Translations under genes and position numbers: made by a program | Shown: piece by piece, positions 46,190-57,293 of the stretch | How the letters are laid out: each line of letters opens with the position of its first letter | How positions within the stretch are numbered: position 1 is the first letter of the stretch | The notes under the pieces: model-generated | Database searches by the model: none | Seen by the model: the letters and a program-made list of their open reading frames with translations, nothing else | Told to the model about the DNA's origin: nothing | Assembly: GCA_964538815.1 (NCBI GenBank) | Contig: CAZIHL010000001.1 | Location: forward strand, 79,034-143,033 | Reading direction: 5' to 3' | DNA: 64,000 bases | Source: an uncultured Candidatus Saccharibacteria bacterium | GTDB taxonomy: Bacteria > Patescibacteriota > Minisyncoccia > Phycocordibacterales > UBA5272

Positions 46190-47833
46190 TTGCTTATGAT
46201 ATTATATATACATATGAAAAATAAAATTCTTGTATTGTTTGGTATTTTATTATTAACTTTATCTTTTTTTATAACTAAAGCAGCAACTACACCTTCTTAT
46301 TTACCAAATACAACATTCTCGTATTCAGCTTGGGTCCCGTATTGGGCAAGGTGGACAGGAGTCGATGAACTTTACGCTAGCATTACTACAAATGGTGCTA
46401 TGGTCTATAATTCAAATTTTTTTGCCACCACTTCTGGTGCAGGATTTCATCTGGCGACAAATACTCCTATGAATCTAGATAAGATCGATATAATTTCTCC
46501 ATTTACATTTGAAGTAAATGAAACAGGAGCATTTCAAGATAAAGGAAAAATGAGTGAAGATGCTTTTAAATCACTTATAGCTGTGGCTCATGAAAAAGGT
46601 AAAAAAGTTTATCCGACAGTACTTTGGGCAAATGGTGATCAGATAGACAAAGTTTTAGCTGATAAAGGGTTGCAAGATGCTATTTATTCTGATGTCATGT
46701 ATCACGTAATTAAATATAATCTTGATGGAATTGATATAGATTTTGAAGGGAAGAAAGCCGAAACTAAAGATAATTTTAGTTATCTTTTAAGTATGTTATC
46801 TACGGCACTTCATGCAAAAAATAAAGGATTGATTTGTACAATAGAACCTCGCTTACCTCTTGATAGTTTATATTCAACTCTAACAGATGGTACTAAAAAT
46901 AATATTGAAAGAGCTAATGATTATACATCTCTTGCAAAATATTGTGATCAAGTAAGAATAATGGCTTATGATCAAATGGGTGCGGATATGGTTTTAAATA
47001 ATCAAAATAAAGATAAACTTTACAGGCCAGTTGCCGATATTAATTGGGTAGAAAAAGTTATAAAAAATACTATTCAAGAAGGAATACCTGTAAATAAAAT
47101 AGTATTAGGTGTCGCAACATATGGTTATAAATTTGAGATTTCAAACGCTACTCCAACTCTCACTAGTACAAACACTCCTGATCGATATGGAAGTATTCTT
47201 CTAAACAATCTTTCACAGTATAAATATTTTCGTATAGGTAGTATGAATTATTTTTATGCTGACAAGTTTGTAAAGGATTTTGGTATAATACCAATTCGTA
47301 ATAGCGGAGGAGAATTAGAATTTACTTATTCATCAAGTACGGATCTTTCAAATACTACTCCCGGGGTAATGAAAAATTATTATGTAGAATATTCTGATGC
47401 AGAAGCAATATCACAAAAGATAACTCTTGCTAAAAAGTATGGACTAGCTGGAATAGCTATGTTTAAAATTGACGGGAATAATGATCACAATATATGGAAT
47501 GTATTAACAAAAGAACCGTCTGCAACAACAAATACAAACACAGGTAATAGTTGTTATGTATTTAATAAAAATATGGATATTGGTAGCCTAGGTAATGATG
47601 TATTAAAATTACAAAAATTATTAAACCAAAATGGATTTATTGTATCATCTAGCGGAGCAGGATCTTCTGGAAACGAGACAAGTATGTATGGTAGAGCTAC
47701 ATTTAATGCTGTAAAAAAGTTTCAAGAAAAATATAAAGATAAAATATTAGCTCCTAATGGTTTAAAATTTGGAACTGGTTATTTTGGTAAAACTACTAGA
47801 GAATTTATAAATAAAAATATTTGTATAAATTAA
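46190..47833 (+). CDS. secreted glycoside hydrolase family 18 protein with C-terminal peptidoglycan-binding domain
   Basis: Signal peptide or TM at the N-terminus, GH18 catalytic motif DGIDIDFEG, C-terminal PG_binding_1-like LKLQKLLNQNGF...ATFNAVKKFQ. Confidence 0.7.
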   Translation: MLMILYIHMKNKILVLFGILLLTLSFFITKAATTPSYLPNTTFSYSAWVPYWARWTGVDELYASITTNGAMVYNSNFFATTSGAGFHLATNTPMNLDKIDIISPFTFEVNETGAFQDKGKMSEDAFKSLIAVAHEKGKKVYPTVLWANGDQIDKVLADKGLQDAIYSDVMYHVIKYNLDGIDIDFEGKKAETKDNFSYLLSMLSTALHAKNKGLICTIEPRLPLDSLYSTLTDGTKNNIERANDYTSLAKYCDQVRIMAYDQMGADMVLNNQNKDKLYRPVADINWVEKVIKNTIQEGIPVNKIVLGVATYGYKFEISNATPTLTSTNTPDRYGSILLNNLSQYKYFRIGSMNYFYADKFVKDFGIIPIRNSGGELEFTYSSSTDLSNTTPGVMKNYYVEYSDAEAISQKITLAKKYGLAGIAMFKIDGNNDHNIWNVLTKEPSATTNTNTGNSCYVFNKNMDIGSLGNDVLKLQKLLNQNGFIVSSSGAGSSGNETSMYGRATFNAVKKFQEKYKDKILAPNGLKFGTGYFGKTTREFINKNICIN

Positions 47834-47875
47834 TTGTAAATAAAATTTTATTTATCATGATATAATTTTATTATT

Positions 47876-48613
47876 ATGATGAATGGATTCAATGTAGAAT
47901 TGGAAAGATTTTCAGGGCCTTATTTTAAATTACTTAAATTGATAGAAGAAAGAAAACTTTCAATAAATGAATTTTCACTTGCAGAAGTGACTGATAAATA
48001 TATTGAATATATTCGAGGACTAGAATTGAAAGAAAAAAAGAATATTGTAGATATTTCTCAATTTATATCAGTGGCTTCTACTCTTATGTTAATAAAAGCG
48101 AAATCTCTTTTTCCTAATATTTCTTTTTCACAAGAAGAAGAAGTTTCAGTTCAAAATCTTGAAAAAAAATTAGAACTTTATAAAAGTATATATGAAGCTT
48201 CTAAAATTTTAAATAAGATATACAATAAAAATATTTTATATTCTATATCTAAAGTTGAAAATAAAGAAAATGTTTTTGTTTGGGATACTAGAGTAGATCC
48301 ACTTATATTGCATTCTATAGCAATAGCTTCACTTTTAAAAGTTCCTAAAAAGGAGGTTTTAAAACAAGTTGCTGTAAAACAAGTTTTAAAAATAGAAGAT
48401 GTTATAGAAAAGTTATTATATAGAGTTAAAGCTAGTTTTAGTATATCTTTTAAAGAATTTTCTAATTCTATTTCTAAAGAAAGTAAAACACTGGATGAGA
48501 AAAAATCTGCATTTATAGTATCTTTTTTGGCAATGTTAGAATTAATTAAAAATGGTATTGTGAGTGCTGATCAAGGAGAGAATCATAATGAGATTAATAT
48601 TTTAAATGTATAA
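47876..48613 (+). CDS. scpA: segregation and condensation protein A (kleisin)
   Basis: N-terminal F.GPyfkLLkLIeerKLsInefSLaeVtdkYieYi pattern typical of ScpA. Adjacent to scpB. Confidence 0.7.
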   Translation: MMNGFNVELERFSGPYFKLLKLIEERKLSINEFSLAEVTDKYIEYIRGLELKEKKNIVDISQFISVASTLMLIKAKSLFPNISFSQEEEVSVQNLEKKLELYKSIYEASKILNKIYNKNILYSISKVENKENVFVWDTRVDPLILHSIAIASLLKVPKKEVLKQVAVKQVLKIEDVIEKLLYRVKASFSISFKEFSNSISKESKTLDEKKSAFIVSFLAMLELIKNGIVSADQGENHNEINILNV

Positions 48614-48630
48614 AATGATATAATAAAAGT

Positions 48631-49203
48631 ATGGAAAATCTAAATAATAATATTTATACAAAATTATCTGCAATTTTATTTTTATACAACGATTCTATTA
48701 ATATAAATACAATAAAAGAATTTTTAGAGGATGAAAATATAACAACAGAAATAATTAAAGACAATATAAAAATATTAAACGATAAATTGGCAGAAATTGG
48801 ATTAGTTATTATAGAAAATAATTTAAAAAATAATGAAAATATAGAATATTCTTTAGCAGTTAAAAAAGAATTAGGTTTTTTAGCTAAAAAAATTAAAGAA
48901 GATGAATTAAGTTATGATTTAACACCAGCAGCATTACAAGTACTTACTATTTGTGCTTATTTGGGAGCTTGTACTAAAAATGAAATATCCTTTATTAGAG
49001 GTATTCAATCTTCACAAAGTATAAGATCTCTTTCTGTAAGAGGATTAATAAAAAAAGTAGGCGATAAATATGTTCTTTCTATAGACGCTATTCAAAGACT
49101 TGGTATAACTAAAATTAACGATTTACCAGAATATGAAAAAATAAGTAATGATTTTAAAGAAAGATTAAAAGAAATAATGGAAGAAGATCAAGAAAAAATA
49201 TAA
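48631..49203 (+). CDS. scpB: segregation and condensation protein B
   Basis: Tandem winged-helix pattern (LSAILFLYND...; LQVLTICAYLGACTKNEISFIRG). Confidence 0.7.
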   Translation: MENLNNNIYTKLSAILFLYNDSININTIKEFLEDENITTEIIKDNIKILNDKLAEIGLVIIENNLKNNENIEYSLAVKKELGFLAKKIKEDELSYDLTPAALQVLTICAYLGACTKNEISFIRGIQSSQSIRSLSVRGLIKKVGDKYVLSIDAIQRLGITKINDLPEYEKISNDFKERLKEIMEEDQEKI

Positions 49204-49212
49204 GATAATGAT

Positions 49213-50217
49213 ATGAAAAAAAGAGAAGAAGATATTATAAAATATAATAATATACATACAATGTCTATTGTATTAATAATTCTATTTTTTATTTGTATTT
49301 TATTTTTTAAATCTACTCCAAAAATTTTATTTAATAATTCTTTATTATTATCAAACATATTTATATCTTTAAATAATAAAAAATATGATAATTTATTTCT
49401 AAAAACTTTAAATGATATTTCTTACAGCCATAAATATAAAGATATAGATATTAATAATAGAACAGGGCAAAAAATAATAGCTAAAAGCTATATCGTGTAT
49501 GATATTAAAAATGATAGTATAATTTTTTCTAAAAATGAAAATACGGTTTTACCTTTAGCTTCATTAACTAAAGTCGTAGCAGCAGCCACAGCTATAAATA
49601 TTAAAAATAGAGATACTTTAATAACTATTGATAGTAATAAGATGAGAGAAGATGAAATTTTAGATACAGGATTAAAAGAAGGCGAGGTGTGGCAATTAGG
49701 AGATTTATTAAAATATGGCCTGACTATATCGTCAAATGCTTCTATGGATATAATAGCTGGTTCTTTATTTGAAAAAAATATTGATTTTGTTTCAAAAATG
49801 AATAATTATGTTAAAAGTTTAGGTTTTCAGAATTTTTCTTTTAATTCAGCAAGCGGATTAGATTATGGAGATGTTATAGGTGGTTCAGGCACAGCTCTAG
49901 AATATGCTAAATTTTTATCTAAAGCTTATATATTTATACCTGATATATTAAGTTATACTATAAATTCTAAAATAAATATAGAATCTGATAATCAGAATAT
50001 TTATGCTATTCCAAATACAAATAAGGATGCCAGTAAAGCTATTGGTTTGTTAGCTTCAAAAACAGGGTATACTGATATTGCGGGGGGTAATTTAGCTATT
50101 TTAGTTGATTTTGATATCAACAGGCCTATAGCTATAATAGTATTAGGATCAACTATAAATGATAGATTTGAAGATGTTAATAAATTATATAAAATGACTA
50201 AAGATATTTTAAAATAA
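49213..50217 (+). CDS. D-alanyl-D-alanine carboxypeptidase (peptidase S11, PBP5-like)
   Basis: SxxK (ASLTK), SxN (SSNAS) and KTG (SKTGYT) motifs. Confidence 0.75.
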   Translation: MKKREEDIIKYNNIHTMSIVLIILFFICILFFKSTPKILFNNSLLLSNIFISLNNKKYDNLFLKTLNDISYSHKYKDIDINNRTGQKIIAKSYIVYDIKNDSIIFSKNENTVLPLASLTKVVAAATAINIKNRDTLITIDSNKMREDEILDTGLKEGEVWQLGDLLKYGLTISSNASMDIIAGSLFEKNIDFVSKMNNYVKSLGFQNFSFNSASGLDYGDVIGGSGTALEYAKFLSKAYIFIPDILSYTINSKINIESDNQNIYAIPNTNKDASKAIGLLASKTGYTDIAGGNLAILVDFDINRPIAIIVLGSTINDRFEDVNKLYKMTKDILK

Positions 50218-50295
50218 AATTTATCCAATTATTGTCAATATTTCATATAAAAAAATAATGATATAATAAAAAATATTCTCAATCTAAACAAAATT

Positions 50296-51399
50296 ATGCC
50301 AGGACCAATAAGTGCACAAAATTTAGAATTAGCATTATCTTCTTTATCTATTTTTAAAATTTTGTGGCCTAGTATCACAGCATTTATTATTGGTGTTTTT
50401 TTGACTCCTATTATTTCTAAAATACTATATAAATCAAAATTGTGGAAAAAAAAGAATATTTCTACAACAATAGATGGAGAAAAAGCTACAATAACAGCAT
50501 CTATTTTAAATGATGGTAAAAGAGAAACACCTAGAATGGGGGGTTTAATTATAATTTTTTCAGTTTTATTTTCAATTTTATTTTATTATTTTCTTTCAGA
50601 AATTTTAAGTTTCAATATATTTAATAAATTAAATTTTATTTCAAGAAATCAAACTTGGTTACCGATAGCAATATTTATTTTTGCGTCATTAATAGGTGCT
50701 GTGGACGATTTAGCATCTGTTGGCAAATTAAAAATAACTAACAAACATGGTGAACCTGGATTATCTTTAAAATATAGATTGTTTTTTATAGTTATTTTTG
50801 CAATATTGGCAGGATGTTGGTTTTATTTTAAATTAGATTTCACTACTTTACATATTCCATTTATAGGTGACATTATATTAGGCAAATATATAATTTTATT
50901 ATTTATTTTATTATTTATGGGCACTTATGGAGCTTCAAATATAGATGGATTAGATGGCTTGTCAGGCGGACTTTTTGCAATACTATTTTCTAGTTATGGA
51001 TTTATAGCTTTGATAAATAATCAAATAGATATAGCAACTTTATGCTTTGTAGTAGTAGGAGCTACTTTAGCATTTTTATGGTTCAATATACCGCCCGCTA
51101 GATTTTATTTATCAGAAACTGGTTATATGCCATTATCTATATTATTAGCCATAATAGCTATTATGACTAACGCTGTATTATTATTAATAATAATAGCTAT
51201 GCCTTTTGTATTAACAGAATTTACAACAATAATACAATTATTATCTAAAAAATTTAGAAAGAAAAAAATATTTCCAGTAACTCCAATACATAATACTTTT
51301 ATTTATATTGGGTGGTCTAAAGAAAAGGTTGTTATGAGATATTGGATATTTGGCATTATGTCTGCTCTTTTTGGTATAGCTTTATATATTATTTCTTAA
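50296..51399 (+). CDS. mraY: phospho-N-acetylmuramoyl-pentapeptide transferase
   Basis: ETPRMGG and NIDGLDGL motifs of the MraY/WecA family, upstream of ftsW-murG. Confidence 0.85.
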   Translation: MPGPISAQNLELALSSLSIFKILWPSITAFIIGVFLTPIISKILYKSKLWKKKNISTTIDGEKATITASILNDGKRETPRMGGLIIIFSVLFSILFYYFLSEILSFNIFNKLNFISRNQTWLPIAIFIFASLIGAVDDLASVGKLKITNKHGEPGLSLKYRLFFIVIFAILAGCWFYFKLDFTTLHIPFIGDIILGKYIILLFILLFMGTYGASNIDGLDGLSGGLFAILFSSYGFIALINNQIDIATLCFVVVGATLAFLWFNIPPARFYLSETGYMPLSILLAIIAIMTNAVLLLIIIAMPFVLTEFTTIIQLLSKKFRKKKIFPVTPIHNTFIYIGWSKEKVVMRYWIFGIMSALFGIALYIIS

Positions 51400-51407
51400 T
51401 ATTTTTT

Positions 51408-52520
51408 ATGAAGAATTTGTTTGGTAATCTAAAAATAGATAAATATTTATTGATTTCCATAGTTATCTTGATAATTATAGGGGTAGTAACTTTTTTATCA
51501 GCATCATTAGGTATTTTAGCAAATGATGAATTGAAATTTTTTTCAATAATAAAATCACAGCTTATATTTGTTTTTTTATTTGGTAGTACAGCCTTATTTT
51601 TGGGTTCTAAAATAAATTATAAATATTATAAAAAATATGCGTTTTATATATTTTTATTTACTTTCTTAATGACTTTTACAGTTTTTGTTCCTGGATTACA
51701 GTTTTATTATAATGGTGCGTATAGATGGATACATATTTTTGGATTATCAATACAACCAAGTGAATTATTAAAATTTGGGAGTATTGTTTTTATGTCTTTT
51801 TTTTGTGTAAAGTATAGTAAATATTTTAAAGATTTTAAAATCGGCCTCATACCTTTCATTGTTTTTGTTTTAATGATAGCTAGTGTTTTATTATTGCAAC
51901 CAGATTTTGGTACTTTTTCTATTATTTTATTCCCAGTCTTTATAATATATATTATAGGAGGCGCAAAAGCTAAGCATGTTTTATTTTTAACGATCACAGG
52001 ATTATTATTATTTTTTACTTTAGTAGAAATGAGGCCTTATATGAAAGAGAGACTTTTAACCTTTATGAACCCTTCTAGAGAGTCTTTAGATGCTGGATAT
52101 CAATTAAATCAATCTTTAATAGCAGTAGGGTCTGGCGGTTTATTCGGTAGGGGTCTTGGACAATCTATACAAAAGTTTAATTATTTACCAGAACAAATAT
52201 CAGATTCAATTTTTGCTGTTTATGCAGAAGAATTTGGATTTGTAGGATCTTTAATTTTATTAACTTTATTTTTATTTATAATAAGTAGAGGGCTTTATAT
52301 TTCAAAAATGTCTCAAGATACTTTTGGAAGACTTTTATCTGTAGGTATAATTTCAACTTTCTTTTTCCAGATAATTTTAAATATAGGTTCTTCTATAGCG
52401 TTAGCCCCATTAACAGGAGTACCTTTGCCTTTATTTTCAAAAGGGGGCACATCTTTTGTTTTTATAATGTTTGAATTGGGAGTACTTTTAAATATATCAA
52501 AATATAAAATCAGAATATGA
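51408..52520 (+). CDS. ftsW: SEDS-family peptidoglycan glycosyltransferase FtsW/RodA
   Basis: 10-TM SEDS profile between mraY and murG. I moved the start to the Met at 51408 to avoid a 58-bp overlap with mraY. Confidence 0.85.
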   Translation: MKNLFGNLKIDKYLLISIVILIIIGVVTFLSASLGILANDELKFFSIIKSQLIFVFLFGSTALFLGSKINYKYYKKYAFYIFLFTFLMTFTVFVPGLQFYYNGAYRWIHIFGLSIQPSELLKFGSIVFMSFFCVKYSKYFKDFKIGLIPFIVFVLMIASVLLLQPDFGTFSIILFPVFIIYIIGGAKAKHVLFLTITGLLLFFTLVEMRPYMKERLLTFMNPSRESLDAGYQLNQSLIAVGSGGLFGRGLGQSIQKFNYLPEQISDSIFAVYAEEFGFVGSLILLTLFLFIISRGLYISKMSQDTFGRLLSVGIISTFFFQIILNIGSSIALAPLTGVPLPLFSKGGTSFVFIMFELGVLLNISKYKIRI

Positions 52521-52533
52521 TAAAATTAAATGT

Positions 52534-53649
52534 ATGAAATTAGTTTTAACTGGAGCTGGAGGTGGACATTTTTATCCGTTAATAGCCGTGTCGGAAAAAA
52601 TTATAAAAGAAGTAGAAAAACAACAAATTTTAAATGTTGAAACATATTTTTTTTCTGATAAAAATTATGATAAAAATTTATTGGAAAGTAAAAAAATAAA
52701 ATTTGTAAAGATTCCAGCTGGTAAACTCCGCTTATATTTTTCTATTCAAAACTTCTTTGATCCATTTAAATCTATTTTTGGTTTTTTTGTTGCGCTTTGG
52801 AAATTATTTATAATTTATCCTGATGTTGTATTTGTAAAAGGAGGGTATTCTAGTATGCCCGTTACTCTTGCTGCAAAGTGTTTATTTATTCCTATATTTG
52901 TACATGAGAGCGATTCTGTCCCTGGGAAAACAACTCAATTTGCTGGAAGATTGGCGAAACGTATTGCTGTAAGTTATGCCGCAGCTACCAAATATTTTAA
53001 TATTAAAAAAACCGCATATACAGGGCAACCAATTATGGAAGAGTATCTTCCGACAAAGGAAAAATTAGACAGAAAGTTTATAAATTATTCTGAAGATAAA
53101 AAGAAAACTATTTTGATTTTAGGTGGTTCACAAGGTAGTGAAACAATCAATAATATGCTTTTAGAATGTTTACCTGATTTACTACAAAAGTATAATGTTA
53201 TTCATCAAGTTGGTCCAAATAATGTAAACTCCATTAAAATCTCTAGTGAAATATTATTAAAAAATAATCCTTATAGGGACAATTATAAATATTTTTCTTT
53301 TGGAGATCTTTCTCGTCATTATGAAGTAGCTGATGTTTGTATAACTCGTGCAGGATCAAGTTTGTTTGAACTTTCCGCTTGGGGAATACCATCGATTATT
53401 ATACCTATAACTAACAGTAATAATAATCATCAAATGACTAACGCTTTTACTTTTGAAAAAGCTGGCTGCTCTATTGTGATAGAAGAAATTAATTTAAAAA
53501 GAAATTTATTTATAAATGAAATAAATTCTGTTTTGGGAGATAATAAAAGACATGAATTAATGCAGTTTAATAATTTAAATAGCTTCAAGCCGGGTGCCGC
53601 AGAAAAAATTGCAGAAGAAATAGTAAAAATTGGTTTATCGCATATATAA
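52534..53649 (+). CDS. murG: UDP-N-acetylglucosamine--N-acetylmuramyl-(pentapeptide) pyrophosphoryl-undecaprenol N-acetylglucosamine transferase
   Basis: N-terminal TGAGGGHFYP and C-terminal GT-B motifs. Confidence 0.85.
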   Translation: MKLVLTGAGGGHFYPLIAVSEKIIKEVEKQQILNVETYFFSDKNYDKNLLESKKIKFVKIPAGKLRLYFSIQNFFDPFKSIFGFFVALWKLFIIYPDVVFVKGGYSSMPVTLAAKCLFIPIFVHESDSVPGKTTQFAGRLAKRIAVSYAAATKYFNIKKTAYTGQPIMEEYLPTKEKLDRKFINYSEDKKKTILILGGSQGSETINNMLLECLPDLLQKYNVIHQVGPNNVNSIKISSEILLKNNPYRDNYKYFSFGDLSRHYEVADVCITRAGSSLFELSAWGIPSIIIPITNSNNNHQMTNAFTFEKAGCSIVIEEINLKRNLFINEINSVLGDNKRHELMQFNNLNSFKPGAAEKIAEEIVKIGLSHI

Positions 53650-53703
53650 GAATTGGGAAAACCTTTATTTTATGCTATATTTTGAATATTAATTCACTTT
53701 ACT

Positions 53704-55086
53704 ATGTCAGAAAACAAGAAAGTAATAACTAGATTTGCTCCAAGTCCAACAGGATTTCTTCATATAGGGGGTGCAAGGACAGCTCTTTTTAACTATATTT
53801 TTACCAAACAAAAAGAAGGGAAAATAATTTTAAGAATAGAAGATACAGATACGGAAAGAAATAAAGAAGAATTCACGCAAGGAATTTATGATGCTTTTCT
53901 ATGGCTTGGATTTGAATTTGATGAGACTAAAAAACAGTCAGATAATTTTAGTGTTCATAGAAATTATTTAGAAAAATTAATCACTACTGGACATGCTTAT
54001 ATTTCTAAAACAGATGAGAAAGAAATAGAAGAAGCTAAAAAAGAAGGAAAAACTTTGAGAGAAAAAGTTATTCGTTTTAAAAATCCAAATAAGGTTATAA
54101 CTTTTACTGATATGATCCGTGGTGAAGTTTCGACTGACACTACTGACTTAGGAGACTTTGTTATTGCAAAGAGTTTAGATGAGCCAATATTTCACTTATC
54201 AAACGTAGTAGACGATATTTTAATGGGTGTAAATCACATTATTCGTGCAGAGGAGCATATTGCTAATACTCCAAGACAAATACTTATCTGGGAGGCAATA
54301 AACGAAGCTCCAAGGCCTGTTTACGGACATATTCCTCTTATACTCTCACAGACTAAAGAAAAGCTCTCAAAGAGAAAACATGGCGAAATGGCATCTGTTG
54401 AATATTATAAAAATAATGGCTACTTAAAAGATGCTTTTATAAATTTCATAGCTTTCCTAGGATGGAATCCAGGAGGCGAAAGAGAAATATATTCACTAAA
54501 CGAAATAATAAAAATATTTGATATTTCTAAAGTCCAAAAAGGAGGGGCTGTATTTAATATTGAGAAATTGAACTGGTTTAATAAAGAATATATCAAGCTT
54601 CAGCATGAAGAAGAACAGATAAAATGTATTAAGAAATTCTTACCAAATTCTGATAAATATGGTGATGAATTAATTAAAAAAATGCGACCTATAATAGTAG
54701 ACAGGATTAGTCATTATGGAGAATTGAAAGTAATGGATGAAGCTGGAGAATTTTCATATTTCTTAGAAGCTCCTAGTTTTGATTCATCTACTCCTGAAAA
54801 AGTGATTGCGAAAATAATTTGGAAAAAATCCGACAAAGAAAAAACAATAGAAAATTTAAACTCTTTAAAAAATATTTTAGAAAAGGGGAGAAATATAGAA
54901 GAAGTTTGGCAAAAGATTTATAGTTTAGCAGAAGAGAAAGGTAAAGGAGATATACTTTGGCCATTGCGATATTCACTATCAGGAAAAGAAAAGTCTCCAG
55001 ATCCAAAGACCTTACTTGAAATTTTGGGTATAAATGAATCTAAAAATAGAGTTAATTTTGCTTTGGAAGATCTACAAAATTCTTAA
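53704..55086 (+). CDS. gltX: glutamate--tRNA ligase
   Basis: RFAPSPTGFLHIGGARTAL HIGH region and KLSKR. Confidence 0.9.
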   Translation: MSENKKVITRFAPSPTGFLHIGGARTALFNYIFTKQKEGKIILRIEDTDTERNKEEFTQGIYDAFLWLGFEFDETKKQSDNFSVHRNYLEKLITTGHAYISKTDEKEIEEAKKEGKTLREKVIRFKNPNKVITFTDMIRGEVSTDTTDLGDFVIAKSLDEPIFHLSNVVDDILMGVNHIIRAEEHIANTPRQILIWEAINEAPRPVYGHIPLILSQTKEKLSKRKHGEMASVEYYKNNGYLKDAFINFIAFLGWNPGGEREIYSLNEIIKIFDISKVQKGGAVFNIEKLNWFNKEYIKLQHEEEQIKCIKKFLPNSDKYGDELIKKMRPIIVDRISHYGELKVMDEAGEFSYFLEAPSFDSSTPEKVIAKIIWKKSDKEKTIENLNSLKNILEKGRNIEEVWQKIYSLAEEKGKGDILWPLRYSLSGKEKSPDPKTLLEILGINESKNRVNFALEDLQNS

Positions 55087-55249
55087 TATTTTAACTTGTA
55101 ATTTTTCTAAAAAGATTGTATTATGCAGGACATGTTAATACATATAACTTTGGCCAATTTTCTTATATTACTATTCATATTATTTATGATTGGTATAGTT
55201 TTTGGCTTTTATATGACTTTGGAGAAGGAAAAATTTTTCGGGTAATAAT

Positions 55250-55495
55250 ATGATATTAGAGATATATTTATTTAGATTTATATTTTTTTGTTTAGGTGCA
55301 TTTCTCTTTGGGTATTACGTAGTCTACCAGACTATTGTAAAAGGAAATCACAAAAATGGCTTTAATACATTTTATTTCTTTAATAAAATTAAACTTCCAA
55401 ATTTATTTGAATGGATTTGGAGTTTAATAGTAAATATTTTAAAGATTATTACTGGTGGAAAAATAGAATTAGAAAAATTTGAAATAAAAAAGTAA
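55250..55495 (+). CDS. hypothetical small membrane protein
   Basis: 81-aa ORF with two hydrophobic segments. Confidence 0.3.
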   Translation: MILEIYLFRFIFFCLGAFLFGYYVVYQTIVKGNHKNGFNTFYFFNKIKLPNLFEWIWSLIVNILKIITGGKIELEKFEIKK

Positions 55496-55718
55496 TACAA
55501 TATATATTTATTATTGTAAAGGTTGTATACATTTGTCTGCTTGATACAATTGTAATTGAGGGGAGATAAGAAAATCCCACATTCTTGTCTCTCCTTTCAA
55601 AATTAAATATAAAATAGTCTAGGAACTATTTACAAAATACACGTCCTCAATGCGTGTGTTTTGTTTTATATTTGTGTATACTGTTATTGCAAACAAGTTC
55701 TTTAATTTAAAATTTTAA

Positions 55719-55931
55719 TTGATGATTTCATTTGAAGATCTTAAAAAGAATTACTCTGCAGCAAAAACTCAAGAAGCAAGAGGGGAGATACTACAAAGAA
55801 TGTTAGAAAGGGCTATGATCGATGATCATTATAAATGGCTTGAGAAGAATTCTTTTATAAGTAGAATTAAGAGTCGCGCCAAAGCAGAAAGAAAAAGAAT
55901 AGCAGGAGAAGTAGATCCAAAGCCTGTATAA
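55719..55931 (+). CDS. hypothetical small protein
   Basis: 70-aa ORF followed by a strong terminator. Confidence 0.3.
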   Translation: MMISFEDLKKNYSAAKTQEARGEILQRMLERAMIDDHYKWLEKNSFISRIKSRAKAERKRIAGEVDPKPV

Positions 55932-55956
55932 AAATATACAGGCTTTTTATTTTTTG
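55921..55956 (+). terminator. intrinsic terminator
   Basis: agcctgtata-aaaa-tatacaggct then a 12-nt T-rich run. Confidence 0.65.
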
Positions 55957-56106
55957 CTACTTTTTAAGTATTTAAGGTTATGGGGAGAATTATATATATT
56001 GTCGCACAATATATCTTTTACGACTATATATATTAAAATAAAGCTTTATTATTAAATAAAATAAAAGCCTAAGATTTAAACTCAGACTTTTAAACTTGTA
56101 TTCTTT

Positions 56107-57177
56107 TTATTCTTCTATAATCCTAATCAATCCTGTCACCAATACTGTTTTCTTTAAATTTGTATTTAGGTTTAGATTTCTTTCTATCTCTAATAGCTTG
56201 TATAAATTATTTGATGAGATTATTTTAGGATATTTATCAGATAATTCTTTAGCTTTCACAAGTAGTTTTTCCCCTGTCTGTTTCCCAAAAATTTCGTTAG
56301 CCTTAGCTGTGTCTATAAATCTCATATATAGGGCTAGTTCAAATATTCGGACAATATCAAGATAAGCTCTATCTACAAGTGCGGCTGTTTCTAGTTTTAA
56401 ATTATTTACTGCGGCAAGTAATTTTGAAATATCTTTTTCTCCTAAACCTTCTACAATAGTTAAAACTTCGTCTTCAGATATAGTTCCAAGTATATCTTCA
56501 ACGTCTTTTAAAGTAATTTCTTTTTTATTACTTGTATTAAAAACTTTTTCAAGTACTCCTAGCGTATCTCTAAATGATCCGTGACCTTCAAGAGCAATTT
56601 TATTTTTAGCTTTCTCATCAATCTCTATTTCTTCTTTTTTAGAAATAGTTGTGATGAGTTTTTCAATAGTATCTACGCTCGGTGAAGCAAAATTTATTTC
56701 TTGGCAGCGAGAGATGATTGTACTTGGTATCTTATGTCTATCTGTAGTAGCAAGTATAAAGATCACATGTGCTGGAGGCTCTTCTAAAGTTTTTAAAAGT
56801 GCATTAAAAGCAGCCTTGGAAAGCATGTGAGCTTCGTCTAATATGTATACTTTATATCGCGACCCAAATGTTGAAGTTTGTGTTGCGTCTATTATAAGTC
56901 TAATATCATCTACACTATTATTACTAGCAGCATCGAGCTCAAAGATATCGTCTGGAGAGCATCCAATCTCTTTAGCAAAGATTCTGGCTGCTGTAGTCTT
57001 TCCAGTACCACGATCTCCTGAGAATATATAAGCGTGATAGATTTTACCAGTTTTAATAGCATTTTTAAGTGTCTCTAATGCTAATTCTTGGCCTACAACG
57101 TCTTTAAAATCACTAGGTCGGTATTTTCTATATAGAGCTAAATGAGGAGTATTTTGAGTAGTTTTATCAGTTTTCAT
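56107..57177 (-). CDS. dnaX: DNA polymerase III subunit gamma/tau (short form)
   Basis: YRKYRPSDFKDVVGQE, P-loop GDRGTGKTT, DEAHML box. Confidence 0.85.
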   Translation of the reverse strand: MKTDKTTQNTPHLALYRKYRPSDFKDVVGQELALETLKNAIKTGKIYHAYIFSGDRGTGKTTAARIFAKEIGCSPDDIFELDAASNNSVDDIRLIIDATQTSTFGSRYKVYILDEAHMLSKAAFNALLKTLEEPPAHVIFILATTDRHKIPSTIISRCQEINFASPSVDTIEKLITTISKKEEIEIDEKAKNKIALEGHGSFRDTLGVLEKVFNTSNKKEITLKDVEDILGTISEDEVLTIVEGLGEKDISKLLAAVNNLKLETAALVDRAYLDIVRIFELALYMRFIDTAKANEIFGKQTGEKLLVKAKELSDKYPKIISSNNLYKLLEIERNLNLNTNLKKTVLVTGLIRIIEE

Positions 57178-57293
57178 ATATAGATTTTACTATAAAAATC
57201 AAGCATTTTAAAACTTGACTTATATTTATCTATAGTGTATAATCTAAAAGGACATGTAAAATTATTATTTTAAAACTTAAAAATTCTTTTCAA

